Origin: Octopus sinensis
Lineage: Eukaryota
Length of the DNA stretch: 64,000 nt
Assembly: GCF_006345805.1 (NCBI RefSeq)
Contig: NC_043010.1
Span: 6,324,001-6,388,000 of the forward strand
Reading direction: 5' to 3'
Position 1 is the first letter of the stretch, and each line of letters starts with the position of its first letter. Shown one piece after another: positions 1 through 11,292 of this stretch. The translations under genes and the position numbers were made by a program. Below the pieces are notes generated by a model, which did no database searches, was not told the DNA's origin, and saw only the letters and a list, made by a program, of their open reading frames with translations.

Positions 1-287
1 AAGAGAATAAAAGGGTATATATGTAACACATGCATTATTTTTATGAGAGGAAGCAATCATATAAACATATTCTACCATCAGTTCATATATGGTGTGAAAA
101 ATAGTTATATTGTTAGTGTTTACTAATAACACAAATTTGAATGCTTCTGAAAAGACAACACTCTTGTGAAATAGGATTTTCACAGGTAAAGCAATATATA
201 ACTAAATGACTGAGTTAAAAAAAAAAGATAATTACAGAATAGTGACATTTTAATAATGTTAGCTTATTATTTGATATTTTGTGGTTT

Positions 288-546
288 CATCATCATCATC
301 ATCATCGTTTAGCGTCCGCTTTCCATGCTGGCATGGGTTGGACGGTGCAACTGGGGTCTGGGAAGCCAGAAGGCTGCACCAGGCCCAGTCTGATCTGGCA
401 ATGTTTCTACGGCTGGATGCCCTTCCTAACGCCAACCACTCCATGAGTGTAGTGGGTGCTTTTTACATGCCACCAGCATAGGTGCCAGATGAGGCTGGCA
501 AACGGCAATGATCAGATGGTGCTTTTTACGTGCCACCGGCACGGGC
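288..546 (-). mobile_element. LINE-tail/SINE repeat family (ends in (GAT)n), copy 1
   Basis: Reverse complement matches copies at 5374-5573, 15520-16058, 34351-34558, 50995-51327, 52175-52468 and 57173-57495 (aaaagcacccactacact...ggaagggcatccagctgtagaaa...cccatgctagcatggaaa...gatgatgat). Confidence 0.85.
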
Positions 547-984
547 GTACATAATTCTTCATCTCTTAAATATAGAACTGTATGAACTAAATAGTACCTT
601 TCAATTTAAAGGGACATAATACACAACAGGTGCACACATAAACCCATATGTATGCAAGGATGAGTGTGACACGCACACACACATTTAACGTATACAGTAT
701 AGGGATAATAGTTTCTTATAATTCCTATGATATTGTTGTCTTGGCAAAGACATTTTTTGTTATTAATGATTTAGCTAGAAAAGAAAGGTAGATTCTTTTG
801 GACCACATCAGGGCTCTGGGATTAGTAGTAGAAGGGTCAGAAACCTAACCCAAATGATTGCAATGGATTAGTGACAGAAAAAAAAAAGCATTTGAAGGTG
901 AGAAGAATGGTGTTAGACATATCAATGGATCAAACCCACCTCTCTGCACACAAAACTGGTTAGAGTGACAGGGTTCCACATAGT

Positions 985-1372
985 TATCTCTTATTTTTTT
1001 CAGTCACTGGACTGTGGCCATGCTAGAGCACCACCTTAAAAGGGTTAGCTGAACAAACCAACCTCAGGGCTCAGCTTTTAAGACTAGTACTTATTCAATG
1101 TGCCACTTTGCCAAACTGCTATGTTATGAGGACATAAACAAAGCAACACTGGTTATCAGTTGCTGGTGGTGGGGAACAAACATACTCTACCTAATGTGTG
1201 TGCACACACTCCCTCACATACACATATGATGGGCTTCCTCACAGTTTCTCTATACTAAGTTCACTCACAAGGCATTGGCTGGCCTGGGGCTACAATAGAA
1301 GACTCCTGCCCAAGGTGCCATGCAGTGAACCAAAAACCATGTGGTTGAAAAGTAATCTTCTTAACCACAGAA
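985..1372 (-). mobile_element. Diverged tRNA-derived SINE (family A)
   Basis: Degenerate match to the family A copy at 14218-14673 (ggccatgctagagcacc, ttattc, ggggctacaatagaagac, ccaaggtgccatgcagtg). Confidence 0.7.
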
Positions 1373-1482
1373 CCCTCCTTAATTCCACTCACAGGGCTTT
1401 AAACAAATCATTATGAAGAAGACATTTAACCAGGGTGCAATGCAGTGGGGATAGAATCTGAAACTACAGTTTCAAAACTTGT

Positions 1483-1865
1483 GCTCCATCGGTTGCGACA
1501 ATAAGGGCTCCAGTTGATCTGATCAATAGAATAGCCTGCTCATGAAGTTAATGTGTAAGTGGCTGAGCACTCCACAGACACGTGTACCCTCAACGTAGTT
1601 CTCAGGGAGATTCAGCATGACACAGAGTGTAACAAGGCTGGCCCTTTGAAATACAGGTACAACAGAAACAGGAAAAAAGAGCGAGAGAAAGTTGTGGTGA
1701 AAGAGTACAGCAGGGATCACCACCACCCCCACCTCCTGCCAGAGCCTCATGGAAATTTAGGTATTTTTGCTCAATAAACACTCACAATGCCTGGTCTGAG
1801 AATCGAAGCTGCGATCCTGTGACCGCGAGTCTGTTGCCCTAACCACTCGACCAGTGTGCCTCCAC
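1483..1865 (-). mobile_element. tRNA-derived SINE (family B)
   Basis: Reverse complement has a tRNA-like head and shares the body tcagccacttacacattaacttcatgagcaggct with 2811-3129 and 25953-26305. Confidence 0.8.
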
Positions 1866-2054
1866 AGTTTAAAAATAAACTCCTTAATTACACAAGCATG
1901 TAATCATTAATAACCCATTCATTCTTCCTAGCTGCATATAGATTGTTATTGTTGTGGTTTACCCTCGGCCATTTTAATTGAACAAGTTTTCTAGCCATAA
2001 TGATGCCATCTTTTTGGGACAAGTTCATCTTATCAGATGATCAGAGTCACTTGA

Positions 2055-2108
2055 CCATCTGAAGAGATGGACATGTCTCCTATGTGTGCATGAAACTTTG
2101 TCATGTGG
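2055..2108 (+). ncRNA. Degenerate type I hammerhead ribozyme-like motif
   Basis: CCAU CUGAAGA G AUG-G-ACAU(loop)AUGU-GUG-CAU GAAAC UUU GUC AUGUGG: both core boxes and a GUC site are present, but stems I and II are imperfect. Confidence 0.45.
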
Positions 2109-2188
2109 AACTAAATTGCACTGTTATAAAAATCTTGTTATATATATATGTGTTAATGTGTATGTATGTATATATATATGTGTGTGTG

Positions 2189-2251
<63 letters not shown>

Positions 2252-2363
2252 ATGTATACCTACATATATACATATATATATGCATGTATGTGTGTGTATA
2301 TAATATATATATGTATATGTATATATATATATGTGTGTGTATGTATGTGTATATATATGTATA

Positions 2364-2699
2364 AAGACCCCCTTCGGTCATGAATGACCATGGGATTGCA
2401 CCTAGAAAGTTACCTTCCTAGATACAAGTCTGGGCAAGGTTGTTTATGGAAGGCCAGCAGTCGCCCATGCATACCAGCCTCCCCTCTCCACGCCACCAGT
2501 GTTATCCAAGGGAAAGACAAAGGTCGATACAGCTTGGCACCTGTGACGTCGCAACTCATTTCTACAGCTGAGTGAACTGGAGCAACGTGAAATAAAGTGC
2601 CTTGCTCGAGAACACAACACGCAGCCTGGTCCGGGATTCGAGCTCACAACCTCACGATCGTAAGCTCGACGCTCTAACCACTGAGCCATGCGCCTTCAC
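2364..2699 (-). mobile_element. tRNA-derived SINE (family C) with LINE-like tail
   Basis: Reverse complement starts gtgaaggcgcatggctcagtggttagagcg (A box), has a B-box-like gttgtgagctcgaatccc, and ends ctaggtgcaatcccatggtcattcatgaccgaagggggtctt. Confidence 0.85.
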
Positions 2700-2810
2700 A
2701 TATATATATATATATATATATGTATACATATATATATATATATGTATATATGTATATGTGTGTGTGTGTGTCTGTGTGTGTGTGTGCATGTGTGTGTATA
2801 CATAAGTAGT

Positions 2811-3129
2811 GAGGGCGCGTGGCTTAGTGGTTAGGGCATTCGGCTCATGATCGTAAGGTTGTGAGTTCGATTCTCGGCGACGCGTTGTGTCCTTGAGCAA
2901 GATACTTTATTTCACGTTGCTCCAGTCCACTCAGCTGGCAAAAATGAGTTGTACTTGTATTTCAAAGGGTCAGCCTTGTCACTCTCTGTGTCACGCTGAT
3001 TATCCCCGAGAACTACGGTAAGGGTACACGTGTCTGTGGAATGCTCAGCCATTTGCACGTTAATTTCACGAGCAAGCTGTTCCGTTGATCGTATCAGCTG
3101 GGACCCTCGTCGTCGTAACCGGCGGAGTC
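2811..3129 (+). mobile_element. tRNA-derived SINE (family B), near full length
   Basis: A box tggcttagtgg and B box gttcgattc, followed by the family B body. Confidence 0.88.
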
Positions 3130-3369
3130 TTTTTAAGATACATAAGTATACCACATATCAGAGGACATTTCAAATAATGGTGTAGCACAGCCAACGGTGG
3201 TGCTCCAGCTTGACCACAGCTTTAAAGCTGAATCAATTTAAAAATTCAAAGGTTAAAGTTAAAGATATATATACATATATATATAATATAAATAATATAC
3301 AAATATATGCATATATACATACATATATGTACATACCTACATATATATGTATATATGCATGCACATATA

Positions 3370-4235
3370 GATACAGGACATCAAAAAAACGTTGAACACA
3401 ATGAGAAACAAAAACATAAAAACAAAAACATAGAAACAAAACTTTTTTTGGACAGCGAAAAATACAACAGAAAACGAGACATACAACATAAAGAATATTC
3501 CTCTTCTTCAGTTGTCCCTGTTTCAAATACTCCATGTATCGAAGTCAAAGACAGGACGCGACTTCGTTGAAACAGTCCTTCCCGCAAAGCAAATTAAATA
3601 ACATTTGGGATTTTTTGCGGAGGGTGAAAGTGGTAACAAAAACAGGACAGTAAGAACAAAACAGTAAAAACAATAAAAAAGTAGAAACAGTAAAAGACAG
3701 AACAATGAAAACAAAACAGTAAAAACAAACGATGAGAACTGTTAAGTCAAGATGATAGAAAAATTATTCTGAACGCTTAAGGAGATGAGCTTATGAAGAG
3801 ACAGTATAAGCCCGTTTAGTCTTATATACATATATTTAAATTCAGTCTTTTCTTAGATCTGTAACTCCTCATATATCAAACATTACACTGAAGAGATTCT
3901 TACCCACAAGCATGGATTTTTATAATTATATTATGAGTAAGAATCGAAACTATTGTATGTAATTTGTATTTAATATTTATTATATTATATTATATTGTTA
4001 TATGAATATAATATAATATAATATAATATAATATTATTTTAATAAATTTCAATTTTTGAATTGGCAATTGTATATCTTCATTTTCTTTTCATTTTTATAA
4101 ATATAATATACACCCATGTGAATTGTAAAGTTTTTCTCAATTAAATTGGGTATTAAATAGTTAAGTGAGTGAATAATTGGATGTTTTCATCCCTTTAAGA
4201 GGAACCTATTTTCTTTATATTAGATCTTTTGATTT
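3370..4235. mobile_element. Non-coding repeat segment(s) between (TA)n arrays carrying hammerhead-like folds; Penelope-like derivative inferred
   Basis: Flanked by TA arrays (about 3266-3370 and 4236-4334); contains the HHR at 3882-3963 and the branched hairpin at 3518-3575. It may be two adjacent elements. Confidence 0.5.
3882..3963 (+). ncRNA. Type I hammerhead ribozyme, intact core
   Basis: Stem I AUUACA(3882-87)/UGUAAU(3958-63); CUGAAGA 3888-94; stem II GAUUCUUAC(3895-3903)/GUAAGAAUC(3937-45); GAAAC 3946-50; loop UAUU; GUA 3955-57. Confidence 0.85.
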
Positions 4236-4250
4236 TATATATATATATAC

Positions 4251-4337
<87 letters not shown>

Positions 4338-4541
4338 CAGTAATCCTGTGTCTATCAAAGGTGTTATGTTCCAAAAGCTCCCACACAAATAATTAAAATC
4401 TAAAAATATGTAAATACCTACTGGCCACAGAAACCTGGATATACTGAGGAGCCCACAATATAAATTTACATATATTAGCCAGAAAAATCCACGATGTACA
4501 GAGTGCACGGTAAGTGAACAGCGATATGGCAAGGATTACTG
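4338..4541. mobile_element. pogo/Tigger-type MITE
   Basis: Terminal inverted repeats cagtaatcct / aggattactg, TA on the right flank, no ORF. Confidence 0.65.
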
Positions 4542-4589
4542 TATATACACACACATGCACACACACACACTCACACTCACAGATACAGA

Positions 4590-4725
<136 letters not shown>

Positions 4726-4939
4726 TATATATATACATATACATATATAAATGTGTGAAACTACATAGTTTTGCCATGCTTTTCCTTTTTCTGATATTGG
4801 GATGTAATATGAGGAAGATTTGGTTACTAATTCTAACAGACCCAAATGACTGCATAGAGGCCACCACTTTGGCTTATTACTAATGCAAATAGATATTATG
4901 AAGTGGTCTAGATCACTACTACGGACAATCATGATCGTT

Positions 4940-5110
4940 GTTTAATTGATGAGATTTTCGATCATGCATAAACCTGGAAAAGGTCCACCTACTTAATATT
5001 ATGCGCTTGTATGACCCAATGAGCTTAGTGGACATAATGGACTCTCATTTCATGAGCATTCCAGATGTTCAACAATGGAACTATCTACTTACAGAATTAC
5101 AATGTAAGGG
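4940..5110 (+). pseudogene. Possible frameshifted PIF1/Helitron helicase remnant
   Basis: With two frameshifts it reads LIDEI-SIMHK-NLEKVHLLNIMR, resembling the Walker B region of PIF1-type helicases; short and degenerate. Confidence 0.25.
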
Positions 5111-5373
5111 GTTGTGCCTTCTACTGATTCATACACTATTAGTGTAATCTACAAGGTGACAGTCTTGAGGCTGTGTGATAAGACTGGGTATTTGAATTAC
5201 AGTAACATGTCCACCCATTAATGAATTTCTGCATATGATTTGGATTGATGTAATGTCTAACCGATGATGTTCTTAATTTAATAAAAAGTTTCTTTCAAAT
5301 GACGTTTCTTAAATTGGAGAAGTGTATATATATCAAATCAATTCTAGAATATCATAAGTAATTTAATGTATTA

Positions 5374-5573
5374 TTGGCTGGCTTCCGTGCTGGTGGCACG
5401 TAAAAAGCACCCACTACACTAACGGAGTGGTTGGTGTTAGGAAGGGCATCCAGCTGTAGAAATACTGCCAGATCAGACTGAAGCCTGGTACGGCCTTCTG
5501 GCTTCCCAGATCCCCGGTCGAACCGTCCAACCCATGCTAGCATGGAGAACAGACGTTAAATGATGATGATGAT
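5374..5573 (+). mobile_element. LINE-tail/SINE repeat family, 5'-truncated copy
   Basis: Same sequence family as 288-546; (GAT)n tail. Confidence 0.85.
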
Positions 5574-5949
5574 TGAATTACGAATGAAAATTAAAATTGA
5601 GCCTAGCAAGATTCAGAGTCAATGAAAAAATAGAGTTTGAATCAATGAAATATCTCGCATCGAGATCTATAGTTTCCAGCTATCTCCACCTTCAAGCTCC
5701 TTTAAAGAACAATTTCAAATTTTGGCCCTGGGCAAAGAGTTAGTTGATTATATCAACTCCAGTTCTTAACTGGTATTGATCTCAGCAGAATTTGAACTAA
5801 GAACGTAAACAACCAAAAGATGTAAAGCTAAGCATTTTGTCTGACATGTTTATGATTCTGCTAGCTCACCACTTTAGTTTCTTTAAATAATAAATATATC
5901 TTTGTTTTAATTTATTCACGCCTCTAAAATTTAGGGATATAAGATGAAA

Positions 5950-7460
5950 GAATCTGAAATCTCAGAATGCATCACAAGGAATTAATTCTCATGTATCAAA
6001 GGTATAAAGCATTTTGGATGAACAATACCAATGAAATTCTCTGAGAAAATACTCAGTCAATGATTAGAATGACACTTTAGCATTCATCTGTAATCAATAC
6101 ATTAAAAGAGCATCAGCATTTTAAAAGTTTCAATCAATGAAGACTGGTGAAGCAAAATGTCAATTAATAATTAATAATATGATTTGACATCAAAATGTCA
6201 CAAGCTGCTTGACAAGAATAAAATTAATAAATAATCTCACAAATGATTATGTTATTTTGAATATGTATAAAAAAAAACATTATTTAAATTTTTGCTTAAA
6301 ACTATACAAGTTTTTTTTAATGGCAAACCTATTTAACAAATTCTATTAGCATAATCTTGTAGTTAGCTTATGAGTTTGTATCCTGACATAGCAACTTAAT
6401 TTTCTAGTCTGCTCTAAATGCTATTATATTCTTGCACTGACTTAGCATTGGTATCATTCTGAGAAAGTTGCAGTGTAATATCATTATAGAAGAAATCTAA
6501 GTATATAATTATTTAATGGTAGAGAAATCAGTGATAACAAAGGGTACAAGGAATTATTGAAGCCTGAGTAAAGAATCTTTAAGATATCACTATCTGAGAA
6601 AGAAGGTTTAATTTCAGTCTCCAGATGATATTTAATACCACTGCTTACTGAAGTTAATCAAAGAAGATAATGGGTGATGAACTTCATAATCCATACTAAT
6701 ACTTCATAAGATAACTTATGTTATTCTCTGGATTAAGATACCTACCACATCTCTAGTAGAGTATAGATAAGCCCATCCTATTTCATAAATAAAATTCCTT
6801 GAAAATAAAATACACTTCTTGAAGTTTTAGGCGAGGATTTCTATGTCTGGCTCAATGAAGATGTTAAGAATTTTTGATATTACATACAAATAACTTCCTT
6901 TGAAATTGCTGTAAGAATCCTAACAGAGATTGGTTTTGACAGAATCGTAATTTTTTTTTATTATTATTTTTAAAACATTAATAGTCTTTAACATTAACAA
7001 CATACCTGCAAGTTCTTCATAGTGTTCTGTGCTTCCTTCTCTCCAATTGTGTCCAGTATCTTTATAAGAAGACAGGACTGACATCTCTTTGACATGTTCA
7101 GAGGGTACATCAATATGGCCTTCCTTGTTACCAAAACTATGCGTAAATATAGTGGGCTGAAAATTCATCAATGTAAACAATAGAATGGTTGTATATGATA
7201 GTTTCTGGCTAATTTCTTTTTATTTTCGGAAATCAATACTGAAATGGTGAAGCCTATAGCCATTTTTACTTCATGCTTGATAATGTCCTGAATTGCTAAA
7301 TCAGATTACCGATGTTTATTTATTTTGATGTAAGGAAAAGAGAGAAATGTTTTAGCTCTTATGATGCCCTCTGGTAGATGTCAGTGTCATAAATACTGAG
7401 CTATTACTTTCTATGGTAGTTTTTATGACACTTCAGCTAAACATTACATTAGCATTAAGT
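5950..7460 (-). pseudogene. Decayed coding-like region of unknown origin
   Basis: Long minus-strand frames broken by isolated stops, e.g. from 6919 DSYSNFKGSYLYVISKILNIFIEPDIEILA*NFKKCILFSRNFIYEIGWAYLYSTRDVVGILIQRIT*. No family recognised. Confidence 0.3.
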
Positions 7461-8399
7461 AGTCAGTTTAGCCAAGTATAGGTTATTGATACCTGACAGC
7501 AATACCTCAGTCAACAGGCTATATTAAACAATAGCAACAAACACTATTCTATTACTCGCATTACACTTTTTCTTTTCTTTTGTTTTTATAGCTTCCTCTC
7601 TTTCTCTCACTCATCACTCTTTCTTTCTCTTTCTTCCTCTCTCTTTCTCTCTCTCTTTCACTCACTTTCTCCTTTCTTCTTCTTCTTCGTTCTATGTCAA
7701 TATTCCACACAGGACAAAAGATAAACCTTTTAGAAGAGATTCTAGTGAAGAGATTTAATAATCAGAGTGGTGCAGCAGAGTTGCAGACACTCCTACTTCA
7801 ACAAAACCTCTTTATCTAGTTCATGCAAGCATAGAAAATGGGCGTTAAAACTGACAGTTAATGATGGTCTATGTAAGAATGAAGGGGACAGTAATGGAGA
7901 TGGCGGTGGCGGTGGTGGTGGTGGTGATGCCAAAGCTGAGTAAGGGGGTGGTGGGGGTAGGATAGAAGATGATAGTGGTGGTGGTGGTGATGGTGGTGGT
8001 GGTGGTATGTGCTTTTGCTGCTGATGATAATGAATTTAAGGCTTGGGAGTGGTAGGGGTTAATCATTGTACTAATGACAGTCTCTGAAAGAAGGGAATTT
8101 GTGATAACGTTGTTCTTCTCAATCACGATCATCATCATTGTCATTGTTGTTACTTAGATGTTGGTCAGCCCTGACTGAGCAAAACCTATGATCAAAGGCA
8201 TTCCAGCCATGACCATTCCATTTCATTTTTTGCATATGCAGGACCACATTTTCTTATCTGTTATTCTCATGGAGAAGCTGGTAGAGTGTGACTTGAGATA
8301 GATTTGGTTTCTATTTTCAGCTGGCCTACTGACCATGAAAAGACTCCCTCTGCTGTAGTAGACCACATTAGTACCAGAAGAGTTACTAATGGTTTTGGT

Positions 8400-8990
8400 G
8401 TTGTAGTGGTCATTTTTTTTTTGTTGATATTGGTGGTGGTGTCGTTGGAAATAGTGGTGATACTGGTGATGACCAGAGAGCATGAAGATGGTGGTGATGG
8501 TGATAACAGTGAGGTGGAAATGGTGATGGAGGTAGTAGCAGTGGTTATGATGGATGATGATGATGATGATGAGGGTGGATGATGATGATGGTGTTAAATG
8601 GTGTTAATGTTGGTATATTGATAATAGTGTCGATGGTAGTGACAGTGGTGATAGTAATGGTGTTGGTGGCGTGGATGGTGGTAATAATAAATGTGATGCC
8701 AATGATGATGGTGAGGGTAGTAGTGGATATATTATCTGTAAGTGTTGAAGATGGTGGTGGTGGTGGTAGTGACGGTGGTGTTGTTGGTAGTGGTAGTGGT
8801 GGTGATGGTGGTGATGATGGAACCGAGTTAATGGTGTTCGTTGATGTTGGTGCTACTAAATGTGTGAATGTTAGTAACAACAGTGGAGTGGTAGATGTTA
8901 TAACAAAGGTGGCGGTAATTGTAACGGTTTGTGCCACTAAAGATAGTGCTTGTGGCACCAGTAGTAGTAGTTGTTGTTGTTGTTGTTGTT
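8400..8990. repeat. Degenerate (GGT/GAT)n low-complexity tract
   Basis: Directly visible trinucleotide-rich sequence. Confidence 0.85.
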
Positions 8991-9825
8991 TACACCAGTG
9001 TTTCAGAAACTGGCAAATACCAGACCCTCCCCTATTCCCACTAAAGGATTAATGAAATTCTTTGGACCCCTCCACTCTGTTACTTAGACAACAAAATAAA
9101 GTTTGCAGCCGTAGAATTCTTCCTCGTCTTTGCTCGGTAGTAGGCATGGAAACCAACTCGTGGTAGAATTGTTAGAGAATCAGAAAAAAAAAAATGCCCT
9201 GCAGTAGTTGCTTCGGCTCTTAACAGTCCAAGTTCAAATCCCACCAAGGTCAACTTTGCCCTTTTTTTTCCCCCTCCAAAGTTCATTGAAACAAAGTACC
9301 AGTTATATACTAGAGTCGATATAATCAACTAATCCTTTATTTCAAAATTACTGGTCTTGTGCCTTAATCAGAAATTCTAGTATCTGACCAACCCACCAAA
9401 AATCCTCATAGCCCCATCCCAGGTGAGGGTGGTAGCTGGTCATCTCTTTGTAAAGACACTGGTTTAGACCACGAGAGATCTGATTAAGTGTGAATCTAGG
9501 ACTTAAGACGTTCCAGCCATGATCAGCTCAACTTCTTGTTTGTTCAGAACTAATATTATCCAAAGGTGATCTTTTTTTTAAAGATGATAAATTGGTATCT
9601 GAGGGAGTGATTTAGCTATTATTTCTAACAAATTGAGCAATCACACAGAGCAGTAGATCTAAATTTTTTGTTGTTGTAGTAGTAGTAGTTTGATGGAAGA
9701 ATAAAATTAGTCATGGTGATAAGTGTGAGGACTCCCTGATTGAACACAAACATATGATCAAGACATTCACATCCTGACCATCCCATATTATATAGACTAT
9801 ATACACATACATACATACATATATA

Positions 9826-9882
<57 letters not shown>

Positions 9883-9906
9883 GCATATATATATATATAT
9901 ATATAT

Positions 9907-11266
9907 TCTTATATATAATAAAACTGAGAATGTGTGTCTGTCTGTGTGTTTCCCTAAAACTTGAGAACTACACACACCAATTTCATTCAAATTTTACACA
10001 TGCCTTACTTAGGATCCATGTAGTTTCATGGGTAAAAAAATGTTCAACTTCTTGCCTAGAGTGAGCCCATAGCAATCATATCTTCTCCACTATTTCAGTA
10101 TTACATGTTAAAAGTGAAACAAAAAAGTTCTCTATTTTATGTCAGATACTTTCACTTTACAATAAAAATAATAATAACAATTGAATTATATGTAGTAATA
10201 ATAATTAAAATCAACTAAAGTATAATATAATTGTAACATAACAAAAGTAAAAATAGCAATTGGTTAAATTGCATCATGACTTGAACTTGAATAAGTGGTT
10301 TCACATGAATGGGAATAAATTAAAAATAAAATTAGCGTGCAGAAATGGAATAGTCCAGATGGATAATAAAAATTAAATTAAAGAAAAGACTATAAGTATA
10401 CAATGTAGAGAAAAAAGAAGATTTGAACACATGGAGGAAAGCACCTTTGAAAAGTGTCTTGGTGCGACTATGAAAGATATCTAATTAGAGGCGGTAAATT
10501 CGCCACAACAGAAGCAAGGTTCGAGTCAACGGAGCGTGCAAGGGAGTCCTTGACTCGAACTTGCAAAGTGGAAATATTTTTATTTTTACCTTTATATCTG
10601 GGAACACATGGAGGAAAGCACCTTTGAAAAGTGTCTTGGTGCGACTATGAAAGATATCTAATTAGAGGCGGTAAATTCGCCACAACAGAAGCAAGGTTCG
10701 AGTCAACGGAGCGTGCAAGGGAGTACTTGACTCGAACTTGCAAAGTGGAAATATTTTATTTTTACCTTTATATCTGGGACGTAGGACGTCCTGGAAAAGA
10801 ATTAAAAATGCCCGCCCCCCAAGTAGAGGTAGGCTGGATTGTAGCCACACTTGTATACAAGAGGGAGGACAAGATACAATTGATCAAAATTACAAGAGAC
10901 GGGCTAACAATTCCAGTCTGTTATATATTTTGAGTATTGTTATCACTAGTGATATCAAGATATAACTTTGTATTTTGTATTTTATGTGTAGATGTATTTA
11001 TATAGATGTACAGCTGATCTAGCAAGCGGGGCCTCATATCAGTGAGGGGGGCCAGTGCTCATTGATGCCGTCGAGAGGTAGGCCCCGAAACGGCACGCAT
11101 TCTCTCCTGATGACTCCATACACTTGCTAGCTTCCGATATACGGAGCTTTTAACTGGTAGCACTTGCATGTGCAAGTTGTTTGCAAGACAAATATGTACA
11201 CATATATATACACATATATACATGCACTAGCACTATGACCCGGCAACGACGGGTTTTTAATGCTAG
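9907..11266 (+). mobile_element. Non-autonomous Helitron
   Basis: 5' TC-ttatatataataaaactgagaatgtgtgtctgtctg start; 3' hairpin ACCCG-GCAACGA-CGGGT (11238-11254) followed by CTAG (11263-66) then T; sits in AT microsatellite. Confidence 0.7.
10425..10777 (+). repeat. Tandem duplication, 177-bp unit x2
   Basis: 10425-10601 and 10602-10777 differ by one substitution and one 1-bp indel. Confidence 0.95.
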
Positions 11267-11292
11267 TATGTATATATATATATATATATATA

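Noticed and set aside
2811-2885. tRNA genes at SINE heads (also 2620-2699, 14218-14290, 33845-33915, 50748-50825)
   Set aside because: A and B boxes are present but acceptor stems are not complementary and each head continues into a multi-copy SINE body.
6484-7136. Four-exon minus-strand host gene with a hydrophobic C-terminus
   Set aside because: Not annotated as CDS: the supposed introns read through nearly in frame like a decayed continuous ORF, upstream exons are ambiguous and no protein family is recognisable. Kept only as an alternative in the findings.
10631-10933. 100-aa ORF in the Helitron interior
   Set aside because: It starts inside the second copy of a tandem duplication, shows no RepHel or other recognisable motif and uses a non-ATG start.
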